64,000 nt of DNA from the NCBI GenBank assembly GCA_964187785.1, contig OZ076413.1:50346001-50410000 (forward strand), in the 5' to 3' direction. Below the pieces are notes generated by a model. It had not been told where the DNA came from and searched no databases. It saw nothing but the letters and a program-made list of their open reading frames with translations. Positions 33,735 to 46,949 of the stretch are shown here, in pieces; within the stretch, counting starts at the first letter, position 1; every line of letters starts with the position of its first letter. The position numbers were made by a program, and so were the translations under genes. The stretch is from Amphiscolops sp. MND2022. Taxonomy: Eukaryota.

Positions 33735-34590
33735 GAGAGAGAGCAGATTGCGGGGATAGAGGACAGAAACGTACGGGAAATGTTGTGGTGTTAAGTTCCA
33801 GGTTGGGGCGGAGGAGAGTAGCCGTCCAATATGAGTCATTTGGCAAATGGTAGTCGTGATGGAATTTGAGAATCATCCATGCAGATTTTTGCAAGCGAGT
33901 GTGTTCTCGGAAGCGTGAACAACTTTCATTAATGGCAATGGCGGGAAACAAGAGTAAAGAATAGTAGGTTGTTTGTTTAAGCATTTGTGTAGCCACGTCG
34001 TCCTGTTGTGCGTCTTGTGGTATTTGTTTACTCAGGCAGATTCGTATCATTCGTCGGCAGTTAAATGATTGGAGAATGCTAGAGTTGGAAAATCGGTCGA
34101 GTTGTAATCAGTTGCTGTAAATTGTTCCCGTTTATTGTCTTTACATTATAGTTGTCCATTCTTACTTCCTTTGCAAAGTAACTGCGCTGCTCATTTCTCT
34201 ACCGACGACTTTTTTGGTTTCATTCAGCTGATGTTTTTTGCCGGTGGGTGCTAAGGTAGTGGGGGTGTTGATTTGTGAACATCATATTTCTTCGTTGGGG
34301 GATTGCACTCTTTTTTTTGTTTTCATTGATATCGTGATCTGAAGCTCGGCTACATTTTGATCGGCATGTACAGATGCCTTTAACGTTTGGGTTATAATTA
34401 GTATAAAAACCGCTGTTGGATGTCCAGGTCAATTTGGGTAGGCCTGTTTGGGTAGGGTGTGGGTGCCATCATAACAAATGTGAAATAATTGATCAGTTTA
34501 TCTCAACTTGTGATGGAGAAATGAGCTACTGTAGTCGTTATCGATCGTGATATTCAGTGGTTATTCGGTTATTGTTGATCTGTCCTCCTT

Positions 34591-37500
34591 GTGTCTGAGA
34601 ACGAAGATGCCCTAGCGTTTGGTGCTTCGTTGTCTGATTTAGTGTCAGAAGTGGCGAACCAAATGGCAGGGCTGGATGCCCCTACTTTCGAGGAGAGTGG
34701 CGTTGGATTAAATCTGCCCGATTTAATGTTGGAGGCCAGTCCATGTTGTCAGTTATCCACGCGTGTTACTGAATCTAATGTCGCTGGATTGGGCGAGTTG
34801 TTGGATCTCGTACTATCTCAAGAATTCGGTGAGTGTTTTTGATTTATGTGGCATTTTTCCCGTTCCTTGTAGGGTCTGTCCGTAGCAGTCATATTGCTTG
34901 TGTCAGTATGTCTGCGGTGTCGATTAAGGGTACGTTTGTCCCGTGTGCCTACTGGGAAGTTAGCATTCGTAAGAAAGGGTTTTTGAAATTACTTTTGCGT
35001 TGCTTCAGCTGATGTTACCATGCCTGAGCTCATCAGTTACATGCGACGGTTCCGTCGGTCCGTTGAGTCTGGAAGCGGTGATAGTGGAGAAGTCGGGACT
35101 GCAGTCTCTAATCTCGGTTAGTGAATCATGTGTTGTGTCATTGTTAAATAACAGTCACCTGGGCTGGATGCTCTCGGTCTGGGGGTTTGGTATGCGTACG
35201 TCCATCTAGTAACGGGTTCCAATGGGGAATTATAGCTTTTGGTGTTTGTTGTTATTTGCAGATGCTGGAGTGCGTGCTGAAGTCGCCGTTGGGCGATTAT
35301 CGGAGTTGTTCAATCGGATAGGGCGCGAGCTGAATCAGTGGGTAAAGGCTGCTGTTGAGTCAACGTTGGGGCTCCTCGGGACTGTGGGTGCTTTGGCAGC
35401 AGAAGATTTCTGGACCAAGTTTAAAACAGCATTGCAGGAGGCAGGACGTCCGCTGGTTGAGTCCAATGCAGAGTTGCCGTCCATGCCCAGTGTATCCTGT
35501 TCGAGGTGTGTGGCTGGGAGTCTTGCTGGGACGTCAGTAAGAAGTCCCTCGGAGTCATCAGTGGTGCCGTCTGAGTTTGGGCATGGTGGTGGAGACCCTT
35601 CAGTATCTGGTGTCGGTATTTCCCCGTCATCGTCAAAACCTGGTAAGAATCTCCAATGATCAAGTGAGGGGTTTTAGTTATAATGGTGTGATCAAGTGAT
35701 CAGTTAAGCCTAAAGGCGTAGCTTAAAGTAAACTAGCGTAGATAAAATTGATTTTTTTTAGAGTAGTCTTGTTTTGGTTTAGTGCGGAAAAGACCTATCA
35801 AGACGTTGAAGCCATCCTTTTTTGTGTCTGGTGTTGTCGGGGATTTTGTTGGGTTCCCTAGAAACAAGAGGGTCATCGATGGCTTCGCTCGCTATTTGTT
35901 GTGCAAGGTAGACCTGAGCATAGCTGGACGAGGTTTGCATAACTTATGGGACCACTGGAGAGGGCGGGAACACACTCGCTTAGAACAGAAGTTCCGGATT
36001 ATGATGAATAGGCCTCTGCTGGACCGGTCATGTCGTCCCGTTTCAAAGGAGGAAGATCAGAGAATTCGGATGGAACGAATGTTCGAACCCCCTGTGTATC
36101 AGGAGTCTGCATTAGGGTTGACTGTTGAAGAGCGCATCGCCATTGAAGTTGCGGAGGCAGAATCAGCGGGAAAGCCGAAGTTGTCTGATGAGAGTGCTGC
36201 CTATCTGTGGTTGTGTAACTTCATAAACTGTTTCGTGTCAATGACTGGATTTGGACCCGTAGTGAACTTCATGGAGAGATGGGCAGACAATCTTCGTGGT
36301 GAAGTTCGACTTGCTGTGCGTTCGCTGACTCACAGTGGATGTCAGGTAGTTGTCGTCGTTCGTTGTTTTTCTAGGTAAAGCGTCTGTGGTTTTGTGAAAA
36401 CTATGTATACTTCGTTTTGGTGTGTTTGAGTGTTGGGGGGGTCATTAGGGAGGTGTTTTGACTTGTTGTGCCCTGCGTTAACTTTGTGTGTTGTTTTGTG
36501 TTTAGTGTCTGGTGCTTTATGGTGTTTATCCATCTGTAATTGAGAAGTTCGACGCCATGTTGGCCTCTGGAGCACGTTTTGGATTTCACTTAATGCGAGA
36601 CGGGAGTTTGCGTCGCCTGGACTGTCATGTGTTCGACGGTCTGACAGTCAAGTCCTTTGTTCTGGCTGTGGTTCCTGCTGGTCATGGTTGGGAACAAAAG
36701 TTGTTGCGGAATAGTTTGTCCGTCCTCGCATGTGTCACGTCTCGTGGAGGCTTGTCCTTTGTGTGTGTCTCAGACAACAATCGCTCGGGGCGGGCTCTAG
36801 CTACAGTGTCGCACCCTGTGGTGCCCGTGGTCGGCAAACGATTCGATCTGGATTGGATGCGAGATGTCATCTCGCGGCAGTTTCTAAAGGAATTCAGTGG
36901 GTTCGAGCCTTTTGGAGTGCTGGAGTACTTCCGGTACCGTTTGTCTGCGGTCATCTCAGACAGTGCTTTCGACCAAATGCCGATGTTACGAAGAGTGAGT
37001 ATCGTGTCGTTTACTAGTTATTTGTTTCTTTTGTGTTTTTTTTATATATATAATTTTTTTGCAACCGGGGTAAAAGTATGCGAGTGTTCATGTTCGATGG
37101 TTCCTTATCGCGTATTTTAGTTTGTTGCTGGGGAATTGGCGCGGATCCCGGATCTTGCTAGCTTGTGTGCGGAATTGGTAGAACGATGGGATGACTTGGG
37201 TGTGTATTTCGGGGTCCACCGGGCAGTCGGCGGTCTGGAGACGAGAAACATGACCTCCATGGAAACACAAGTTTTCATCGATGCGATGGCACGACCGCGC
37301 TTCGCCGTCCTCAAGTTCATACTCGAAACCGGTGAGTATGTTGCTTCGTAGCTTAGTTCTGCCTGGTACTGGGGAGGGTGTTTTGGTAGAGTTTTGGGTT
37401 GGGTAGTGTATCGTATGTCGGTTGTTTTATAGCCTTAAATGGTGTGTTTTTGTCTTAGTTGTCGCTCAGTGCCCCCGATTGTGCAGTTCAGGCCGAGATC

Positions 37501-40500
37501 GGGTGTTCTGTTTTGAGCGTGAGTTGGCTCTGTTCCTGCGGGCTCTGTGGACTCTAGTGTATGGTTCGGACGATCTACCTGTGGAGTTCGATGTGCAAGG
37601 ACTGCTGAGCTACCGAGGAGGAGAGTCATTACGACGCCAAACAGTGAACTTTGTGTTTTTCAAGAATTGAGGAAAATTGGCTTTTGCGACTACCAGAATG
37701 TGTTTTCTAGAATTGAGGAAAAAGTGAACTTCAAAGTGCCGCCAATTTGACGGAAGAATTTAGACATTAATATTAGTAGTGCAAAAGTGAAATTTTCAAG
37801 AAATGAGGAAAAGGTTTTGTGGATTCTTCACAATAATAATATTATATGGTTCCCATGTTTAATAATGCGTGTGGAGATTCTTCGATTTTCGTCGATTCTT
37901 CAAAGTTTTCTGGATTATTCAAAAACTTTCCTGGATTCTTCACAAAGCAATTATTTTCAATTATTTTTGTAGAATCTCCACAATCATAAAAAGATATGGT
38001 AGTATGCCTAACAACTGCTGTGAAGATTCTTCGTATATTCGTAAATTCTTCAACGTTTTCTGGATTCTTCAAAAGCGAACAGCGGTACATGACCTCGTTG
38101 CCGTCTATCAACGAACAATGTTCAAATTAAAATTTTACTGACAATGTAGAATTACTTTCAGTAGTATAGTATTACTTTCAGTACTACAATTCTTTTCGAA
38201 ACTTCTTTTTGGCCTTCTTTATTTATGACCGAACAACTTGAATGAAAGCCTAGGATTTCAGGACCTTTCTAAGTTCGAGAACTGATTTTTGTTCGATAAG
38301 ATACGTTTTGATTTGGAAAAAAGGGATATTGATCGGTATATGTTTTTGTTTCAGACCCTGTCAACTTGAAATTTTTTGGGGTGGCTGATGTGTGATGGCG
38401 CGTTAGGTGAATCACCCGAATTGATAGTCTCAGCTAGTGCTATTTTGATCAAGACAACCGTTGACTTTCGGAATCCTTTAATTTTCTCATTGTGCCTGAC
38501 TTTTGCTACTTGATTCATTTGGTAAAGTTTGTAAATTGTCACTCATTGTAATTCAGTTTCAACCCTATTGACTTTTTTACAAGGACGCAAGAGTTGAAAA
38601 GAATAGGATATCGTCAGAATGAGACGTAGGTTCAAATTGAAATATCATTTTCAGAGTTTTTGTTTAAATATTTATTAAAATTGAATTGATTTTTTTAAAT
38701 TTGGCAAACAGGGGGATTGGTGAGGTGTTTGATACATTCTATTTGAACGCTCCTGGAGTCGTTCTAAAGTTAACTTCTCCTGCACGTGATGTGAAGTTTT
38801 TTGAAATTGGCCAAAAGGGGGGGGATAAATTTTTACATGTTAAAATTGGCAAACATGGGGTGTGTTTGATACCTTTTATTTTAGCGCTCCTGGAGTTGTT
38901 TCAAAATTAACTGTTTCATTACAGTTCAGAACAGTTTTCAGTACAGGAAACTATCTCCCTAACAAACTTACCTTGTCATAGTACTATTTATATTTAAACA
39001 GGAGAATTTTTAAACTTTCTTTCCACCGATATTTATTTTCCCACAACTGAAGCTCATGCTTCATTACATTTAGAAAAAGGGGTTGTTTTAAATTTGACAA
39101 ACTGGGGTGGGGAGTTTATCTATTTCACACATTCTATTTAAACGCTCCTGGAGTTGTTACAAAATCATTTGTTTCATAACAACTAATAGGATTTTTTTTA
39201 GAATTCGGCAAACGGGGGTATTTTATTGTGAAAACCATTTGAACATATTCAACAAAATTGTTCATATACAAAAGGAAGAATCCACAAAGATTGTTTATGG
39301 TATTTCTGTGAATTCATACGAAAGGAAGAATTCACAAAAATTTATTAACTCAATAAAGTGACCTAATTAGTGAAGAATCCTCGCAAACTAATATTTGCTA
39401 ATAATTGCTAAAACGAAGAATCCACAAAATTTCAAGAAATCAGGAAAACAGTGAAAATTTTGTTTCGGCGATTCTTCGCAGGTTACGCAGGTATTAGTGC
39501 AAGAATCCAGAAAATTGTTTCACTCCACTTTCCTCATTTCTTGAAACCCCACGTAATGTAATCGATGTGAAGAATCCACACCACACTGCAACATATCTGT
39601 TGCAGTCAAAAGTTCCCTGTTTGGCGTCGTAATGGTGTGGAACGATCGACGAAGCACGATATCAGGCTTTGTTCGGACAATATTTCCGGTTCGACGTGAG
39701 TCAGCAGCGTGCCTATTTTTACCGGGAGGTCCAGAAGTTCTTGAAGAGCATCTGTGGTCAGTTCGTGGACGAGTTTGAGCAGGGATGGATACGGCATTTG
39801 AGTCTAATGCCGTTTGACCCAACTTTGATGTTCAACGGATCGATGGACCGCTTAGTGGACCGATTGGTAGCAACTGTCTCAGTGTTGAGTTTCAGTGATG
39901 TGTGCGAGTCTGACGACGGAGGGATCATTCTCCAGCAATACCGTGAAATGGTGAAGCATTTCAAGCGACGGTGGACAACTGGGGTGCCAGTAATTGATGA
40001 TATTGTGGCGATGTGGATGTCATATCCTAACTGGTCGCGATGTCAAGCTTTGCTGGGAGTTGTTCAAGTCGTGTTTGGTGGAATGATACACGGATGCTAT
40101 AGGACCGATTTCAGAGACCTGGGAGTAACCGTCATCGATGACGGGGTAATGTTATCCAGTTTGAATCTCGTTCGGAGCTGGATGTCCAGTGGATTCGTAG
40201 GGCAGTCTCGATGCTCAATGACTGGTTTTACGCGTCACTGTCAGACAACGGACATGCAAACGTCGCGGTTACAAGATGAATCTCACTGTGTTCCCTGGGA
40301 ACAACTGCTGAAAGTGGGAATTAATGATTTGTATGATCGTTGTTCTGTTGCGCTGGGATCATCTAGTGGGCTCCCGGAGGTTGCCGTTGTGGACGAGTAT
40401 CGATCGACTGTGTGCGAGAATTAAGGACACTGGAGGCGAATACTGTGGCAGTCAAAAGTCCGGCGAAGAAGATATCGGTTCAAGGAACGAGTGTTAAGGC

Positions 40501-40804
40501 GATTGATGGACGGGGCCCTCGGACTCAAGCATCGGTGGGAACAAGTAGTGGTATTCCAGCAAAAGTCACTCCTAAGCTGAAACAACCTACTCGGACTGCT
40601 CAATCGAGAGGAAACAGAGGGCAGAGAACTGGGGTTGTACCGACGAAGCCGAAAAATGTTGCGAGTTCGAGTGCAGATACTGGGTCTGCTGTGGGGCCAA
40701 GTGGAGAAGGAGGACGTCCGGCTTTCGCTATCATGGATAATGACTCAGTTGATAGCGCGTTATTTGCCCAAAGGGCTCAATCCGAGTCATCCAAAGAGTA
40801 TTGA
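34591..40804 (+). pseudogene. Antisense 8-exon cargo gene of element D encoding a hAT-transposase-like protein; disrupted by the 37627-39634 insertion. Exons: <=34591-34828, 34873-34929, 35009-35116, 35262-35642, 35783-36345, 36506-36994, 37121-37331, 37459-37626 + 39637-40424 (frameshifted tail to 40804)
   Basis: Seven phase-compatible GT-AG introns of 44-160 nt join into 3003 nt without an internal stop once the insertion and one TSD copy are removed. BED-like finger and hAT-like motifs seen by eye. True start codon uncertain. Confidence 0.75.
37627..39634. mobile_element. Non-autonomous CACTA/CMC-like DNA transposon (2008 bp)
   Basis: TIR CATTACGACGCCAAACAG(T/G)GAACTTT at both ends, 2-bp TSD GT, and many subterminal GGATTCTTC/GAAGAATCC repeats in opposite orientation at the two ends. 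AT-rich with no transposase ORF. The superfamily is inferred. Confidence 0.85.
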
Positions 40805-42176
40805 CCCCGAAAACCTTTAGTGTAGTTTCACCTGTTGTTGAACTCTTTAAAGTGAACTTTTCGCTTTTTGGCTTCAGATTTTTGAAGTTGATTGATTTTA
40901 GTTTTCACTTTGTTTGCTGGCAGTATGATTTTTTTTTGTTGATTGCTGTTTGATTTTGACGATGCATGGCTATTACTTATACCTGTTGACTTTGGTACTT
41001 AGACAGATATGTTGGGAATTGAGATTCTTGGTTGGACACTTCTTGAAGTGAAGTTTGCGTTAGCTGAATCGTTGTTTTAAAGAGGCTCATTAGGCAACAG
41101 GTTTAGACTTGGATTCATGTTGTGATCGCACAAATTGCATATGTTAGGCGGTTCTTACTGTCTTTTTGCATGTACTGAATGTGTCATTTTGCTACTGGAG
41201 ACGGCAAGTAACTATCGTTAGGTTGAGTTCCTTTTGTTAGGTTGAGGTATTCTAGTAATGTAATTCAAAAATTTGCCGCTAACTCCTAAGTTCTTTCCTA
41301 ACACGAGGCGAAGCCAATGAATTGTCAGGAGGGCCTAAGGGGTTGGGCGTAACGTGGTTCTGATTTGGTAAGTATTACTGGATTACCGTTTTAATGCATT
41401 TGGTTTTTGGTTGAAGTTATATTTTTGTTCGTCATTGGGAAAAGGTTTTTGTCGTCACAAAAACCCATGCAAAACTAACACTGAATCCACTTGCTAAAAA
41501 GCAAGCTTCATCTGAATATAACCAGCCACACAGACACGCGTTTGACGACGCACCCACACGACTCCAGTATGAGTGAAAAGCAAACTGGGTGGGGGTTTTA
41601 CTTATTCAAGTATGACGTTTGGCAGGCAGCTAATCATTTCTGTTAGTTCGACAAATTGTTTGAGAACGGCATTATCGTTGACGTTTGTGTGCGGTTGTTA
41701 CGATAGTTACGTAATCGATGTAGTTTTCTTCAGTTGTCACTATTTAGATTTTGGTGTGAATTGAATAAGTTATGCTTCGCTTGCGTTCGCGTTGCACGTG
41801 TTTCCACTGCGGATTCGTTGTGATGACTGGTGTTTGCAGTCGTCGCATGGCGGTGCCGCCATGTTTGCTATTGGTAAGCGGTATGAGCTATTAGGGGATT
41901 AGCTTGGGTAGGTATTGATGACTGCAGGCCATGTTCGTCGTGTTTGGCAGTTCGTTCATTTGAGTTAGGTACTTTATGATGGGAGTGGCGTAATTGCAGA
42001 TCAGTTACTTTCGTATACCTTTTGACTGTGACTGTCATGAGCAGTCGTTGGTGTCAGGTTACACTTTTAAAGGGAAGAGATGAGGATAAAGGAAAATGGT
42101 TTGCGTTTTAATTGTTTGTACTGCAAAGTTTTACTTGTTAGTGACTACATTTAATGATGAAAGAAAATTGTGATTT

Positions 42177-45100
42177 TTAAAGATTTTTGTTTTTCAGTAG
42201 AAGTTCTTGGAGGGCAGGCGTACCGTGTAGTTCATGCACTAAAAAATCAGGGTACGTGGTTGGTTGTGGGTTGTGCCTCAATCCGTAACGTGACTTGGTA
42301 TTTCTAGATGATACTGATGGTCGTTCAGTTGGTTCGTACTCGTCATTTACTGGTTCAGGGTCAGTAATGCTGGTGCTGTCCGGGTGTACTTCCCGTGTTT
42401 CAGCTTGGCTTTCAGGTATTATGCGATGGCGGTCAGATTCGATATGCTGTCTCTCATAGTAGATGACACCGTGGTCAGCTTGCAATTCTTCGAATTCTGA
42501 TTTGTCAGGAATTGTTTGTTGTGGTTGTTCAGTTATCGGTGTTGGTAGCCGGTTGTCGAACAAGTCCTGTTCATCGAGGGCGTCAGGATCCTCGAAGTGT
42601 TGGGAAGGATCGTCAGCTATGTCCGAGATTTCCGAAAGAGTGTTTGGCGTGAACGGGCGGAGCCTCATTCTGTGCACGCATTGAGTGCGTAGGGTTCCGA
42701 TTTTTCGGATAATGTAGTTTGAGTTGGTTAGGACTTTGACAACTTTGTAAGATCCTTCCCACTTAAATTCCTTGAAGGGAATATTTCAGATTGATTAGAC
42801 AGTCTTTTTTTAGCATGAAAGTGAAGTCGTTTACTTTCAGAGGCGAAGCTTGTGCTTTTTGGTCATAGTAGTTTTTGTATTTATGGAATGCTTCAATGAT
42901 ATTGTCATGTGTTTGCTGGAATTTTTTGTTCATGTTGTCCAGTATCCCAGTTACGTCGGTCGTATTGCGCGATTCGCTAGGAGGGTTCCCGAACTTAATG
43001 TCCAGTGCGTTAAACGGAACTCGACCGTGGAAAATCTCAGTGGGGGTACACCGGATCGCTTGGTGATAGGTAGTGTTGTGGGCCATAACGGCCATATTGA
43101 CGTACTTGTGCCATTGCGGAGAGTCGGCCGCGACGTTAATTTTCAGGAACCGTTTTAACTTTTGATGGGAACGTTCCACCATCCCGATCGTTTGTGCGTG
43201 TTTTACAGTGGCATGTTCGATTTTTATACCGACAGACTCCATGAGTGAGTTGCACAGTTGGGAGGTAAACGTCGATCCTTTGTCAGTTAAAATGATTTTC
43301 GGTACGTATGAGTGTTGTGTAAAAATTTGCATGAGTGCTTCTACAACTGATTTGGTGTCTGGTTTGCGAATAAGTACTGCGAAGAGGTATCTAGAAAAAT
43401 AGTCACAGGCTGTCAATACGTGTGTGAGTCCGTTGGACGGTGGGATTTCTCCCACTAGGTCAATTTCTAGTACGTCTTCTGGCACGTTACAAGGGTCGTA
43501 TATCTGTTGTAATGGGGGAGTGATTTTGGCTTTTCGGACTGGTTTCGAACGGATGCAGTCTTGGCAGTTTGAAACGTATTGCAGAACTATTTCAGACAAG
43601 TTAGGTGAGTAATACCTTTTGCGGAGTTGATGTAACATTTTGCTACTGCCTGGATGTCATTGCAGAGTGTCGTTGTGTAGTGACTGGACGATTTGGTGGA
43701 TAGTTTCAGGGGGGACAACAATTTGTTTGCACTTAATTTTACCTGTACCGTCAAAAAAGTTCCAGTACAAAACGTTGTTTACTACTTCAAGTCATTTTTT
43801 GTTTTTGACTAGTTTTTGAAAAAACTGGCTTTCAAAGTTAGCATGATTAGGTGGCGTTTCATTTTGGCTCAAAATTCTAATCTTGCGTTGGATGTCTGAG
43901 TTTTGGAGTTGGTCCTGGACTATTTGAAAATCCCCATTGGGGCATACCTGGTTTACCACGTTGTCATGATGCCGTTGTCTGAATCTGGTGAACGTCATCT
44001 CGTCATGCTGCCCGGTGATAATGGGTGTGATCTGATGACGGATGGTTTCTATCCTCTGGAGAAACTGTTCACTCGATTCGTCATTGCACTTGGGGACCTG
44101 GTCCAGTATGGCATTGATGGCATCATTTTGTTGGGTGGTGGTGGTGTCGTCATCAGGTATGTAGTCTCGTTCTTCTTCGTCTTGTTTGGGTGTTTTAGAC
44201 GCCAGGTCGATCTCGACGTGGAAAACTGGTATCTCGTCGTGTAGTTTGAGATGGATCCGTTCTTCTGGTCGGATGTCGAGACGTGACAAGTAATCTTTAG
44301 CAGAATTTTCAGTTCCAGGAACATGGGCAAGAACGAATTCGAAGTGAAGAGTCTGATCACAGTAATTCCACTGCTTCGGGGGAATCCGTTTGGATTGAAA
44401 AAAACCTGGTAAGTGCTTTGTTGTCAGTCATCACTATGGTTGGTTTCTTGACACCCCACAGTATGTGTGCAATTTCATCGATTGCAAAATGCATTGCCAG
44501 GAACTCCTTTGCGTACATTGTCAAGGACATTTGGCCTTCGGTAAGTCGTTGGGACCCGAATGATACTGGGGCGCATGACTTCATTGGGCCATCATTCGTT
44601 TCGGTGTAGGCTTCGATCAAAAGAACGTAGCCCGCTGCATGTTCACTGGCGTCACACATTATAACGAGTTGTTTATCAGGTAGTGGCAGTCGTAGTGAGA
44701 GTTTTGCAGCTTTTGCGAGGTTTTCGTTGATTTCGAAGATCAAGTCCTTGTGTTGTTGGGTCAGTTGGAACTTGACGTCTTTTTGTAGTAGCTTGTATAA
44801 CGGTGTGAGTTTTTCTGCCAGGCGTGGGATGTACTGCCTGTAGAACTGAACAAATCCGACGTAACGTTGTAATGACTTGACTGATGTCGGCAGCTTTATT
44901 GTCTTCAGGAACTTGTCAATCTTGTCTTCAAGTGGTGCTACTCTTTGGAAGTAATACTTCTCCCGAAGAAATCGATTTGAGGGTGTCCGAATGCACACTT
45001 GGACATTGACAGTTTTAAGCCTGCCTTCTGGATTTGCTGAAAGACGGCTTCAATGTTTGACAGTAGCTCTTCGACGTTATGCGCGGCAATTCCAATGTCA

Positions 45101-46700
45101 TCTATGTGTTGCGCGCATTTGTCAGCTTTCACCAGTGCATCTACGTATTCTCGGACTGTGCTGTTGAATGCCGAGAGGGATCAGTTGAGTCCCTGTGCCA
45201 GCCGCAGGTAGGCGAAGGTACGGCCCTTGAAGTTGAACGCTAGCAGTTGTACTTGTTGTTCGTCGGCCATCTGAAGGCAATGGTGAGCAGTCCAACTTGC
45301 AGAAATACTTCTTTCCAGCCATATGCTGGGCGGCGTCGGCGATATTAGTGACTGGGTGGTTGTGCTGGTTGTAATCGTTCTTCAGAAGGTGGTTGATCCT
45401 GCGCAGATCGACCAAGATGCGGAGTTTCCCATTCGGTTTGCGTTGGGCAAATATGGGCGAAGAGTACTTACTGTACGGCAACGTCGTGATGATGCCCTAC
45501 TCTTGCATCAGGGCCAGTTCGACGAGTAAGTCGTTCTTGAGGTTAGTGGATGTTGGGAGGCTCTGCGCGTAGATTGGCTCATCGTGCTTCGGCGTGAGTT
45601 TGATCTTGTCAGTATTGATGCCTATATCAAGGCGGTGACTGGCGGACACATTGTTGTACTTCATTAGGAGGTTCCCAATTCGTTGTTGTTCAAGTTCCGT
45701 CAGGATTGAGTTTTCCCATTGGAAGTTGGCAAGGAAGGCCTTGCGTTGTTCGTCATCTGCTGTCGGGTCTACTTTTGCTTCCTCGCGGAGTTTGGTGATC
45801 TCGTCGTATATTCGCTTTTCAATGTGATTCAGTTTCGGCGGATCATCACAGGATTCCGGAGTTGGGTACCACCGGTGTTTGTGCCGGGTTCCTGGAATAG
45901 TTGGTTGAGCACGTGGTTGGCTTCGTCTGGGTATTTGGTTATCAATGTTAACTGTTCATTTGACATCGGTTGAAGGTTTTTTGCTTGGTTCGGGGTCATT
46001 ATCCTGAAGGTGGCCACTGTCGTATTCGGGCTGACTGTAATCGTGTGGCTCGTGAAGTTGGTGATTTGGACATGACTTTTCACTTCTGTAATTTGCGCCA
46101 GGGCTGGGGACACCAGTAGTTGTGTCTACCTTTCAAATGAGGGAAAGGCTTCTACTGTGCCCTGGATTGTGCCTAGGTCCCTTTCCGCTAGGACAGGGAC
46201 GATGAGTTGGTCGTCAGGTTGTATCACTGTCTTCTGTGTTGTGCGCAGTTCTATCATTTGGATTGGATTTTGTATCGTCCGCGTTCTGGCTTGAGTTGCA
46301 GGGTAATATCTGGGAACTTGACTACATTGTTGGCAAGGTCAAGCGTGACTGAGTACTTCTTGAAGAAAGACATGCCAATCAAGATGTTACCCATGGTGGG
46401 GAGGATCATGAAGGTCTCCTCAAAAATCTTGCCCCCGATGAAGAAGCGAAGGAGTACCTGTTTCCGGACTAGGACGATGCTCCCGTTTGCAATCTGACGT
46501 TGAAATCCGGTGCTGTGTACTCTTCTAAAAGTGCTGCTGGGTTAGCTGCCGTGATTCGTCTTAGTTCGTCTTCTGACATGGCGCTCTGGATTGCTCCTGT
46601 GTCAAGGAGACCATGGTTCTCATATTGGCGAAATTGAAGGGGGACGTATAACATTCTGTCCTTTTTGTTCAATTGGAGTGTTGCAGTTAGGAGCTGGATT
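42177..46700 (-). pseudogene. pol: pol of element D (PR, RT, RNase H, IN) with multiple frameshifts
   Basis: LLDTGA; YSSPIFAQRKPNGKLRILVDLR; CAQHIDDI; MCDAS; C..C, EIDLVG, CDYFSR, TDKG, VERSH. Confidence 0.92.
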
Positions 46701-46949
46701 GCCACGTCTTTTTTCCGTGTTGGGGTCCTCGTTTTGTGGTTCGTAGTGGAAGTTTTATTTGGACGTTGTTTGTCTTCTGTCGTTTGGAGTGAAGTATTTG
46801 CCGATTGTGGGAGAGGGTCAGAAGGATGCTCCCCGTCGGTTGTCGTTTTGTCAGTAGTCGTAGTAACAGGTTCCTGGTCCTGCCGATGATCAGTTGCCTG
46901 TGTTTTGTAGTTTTTGGTGTAGTAATGAGTGTTTTTCTTGCGCACATTG

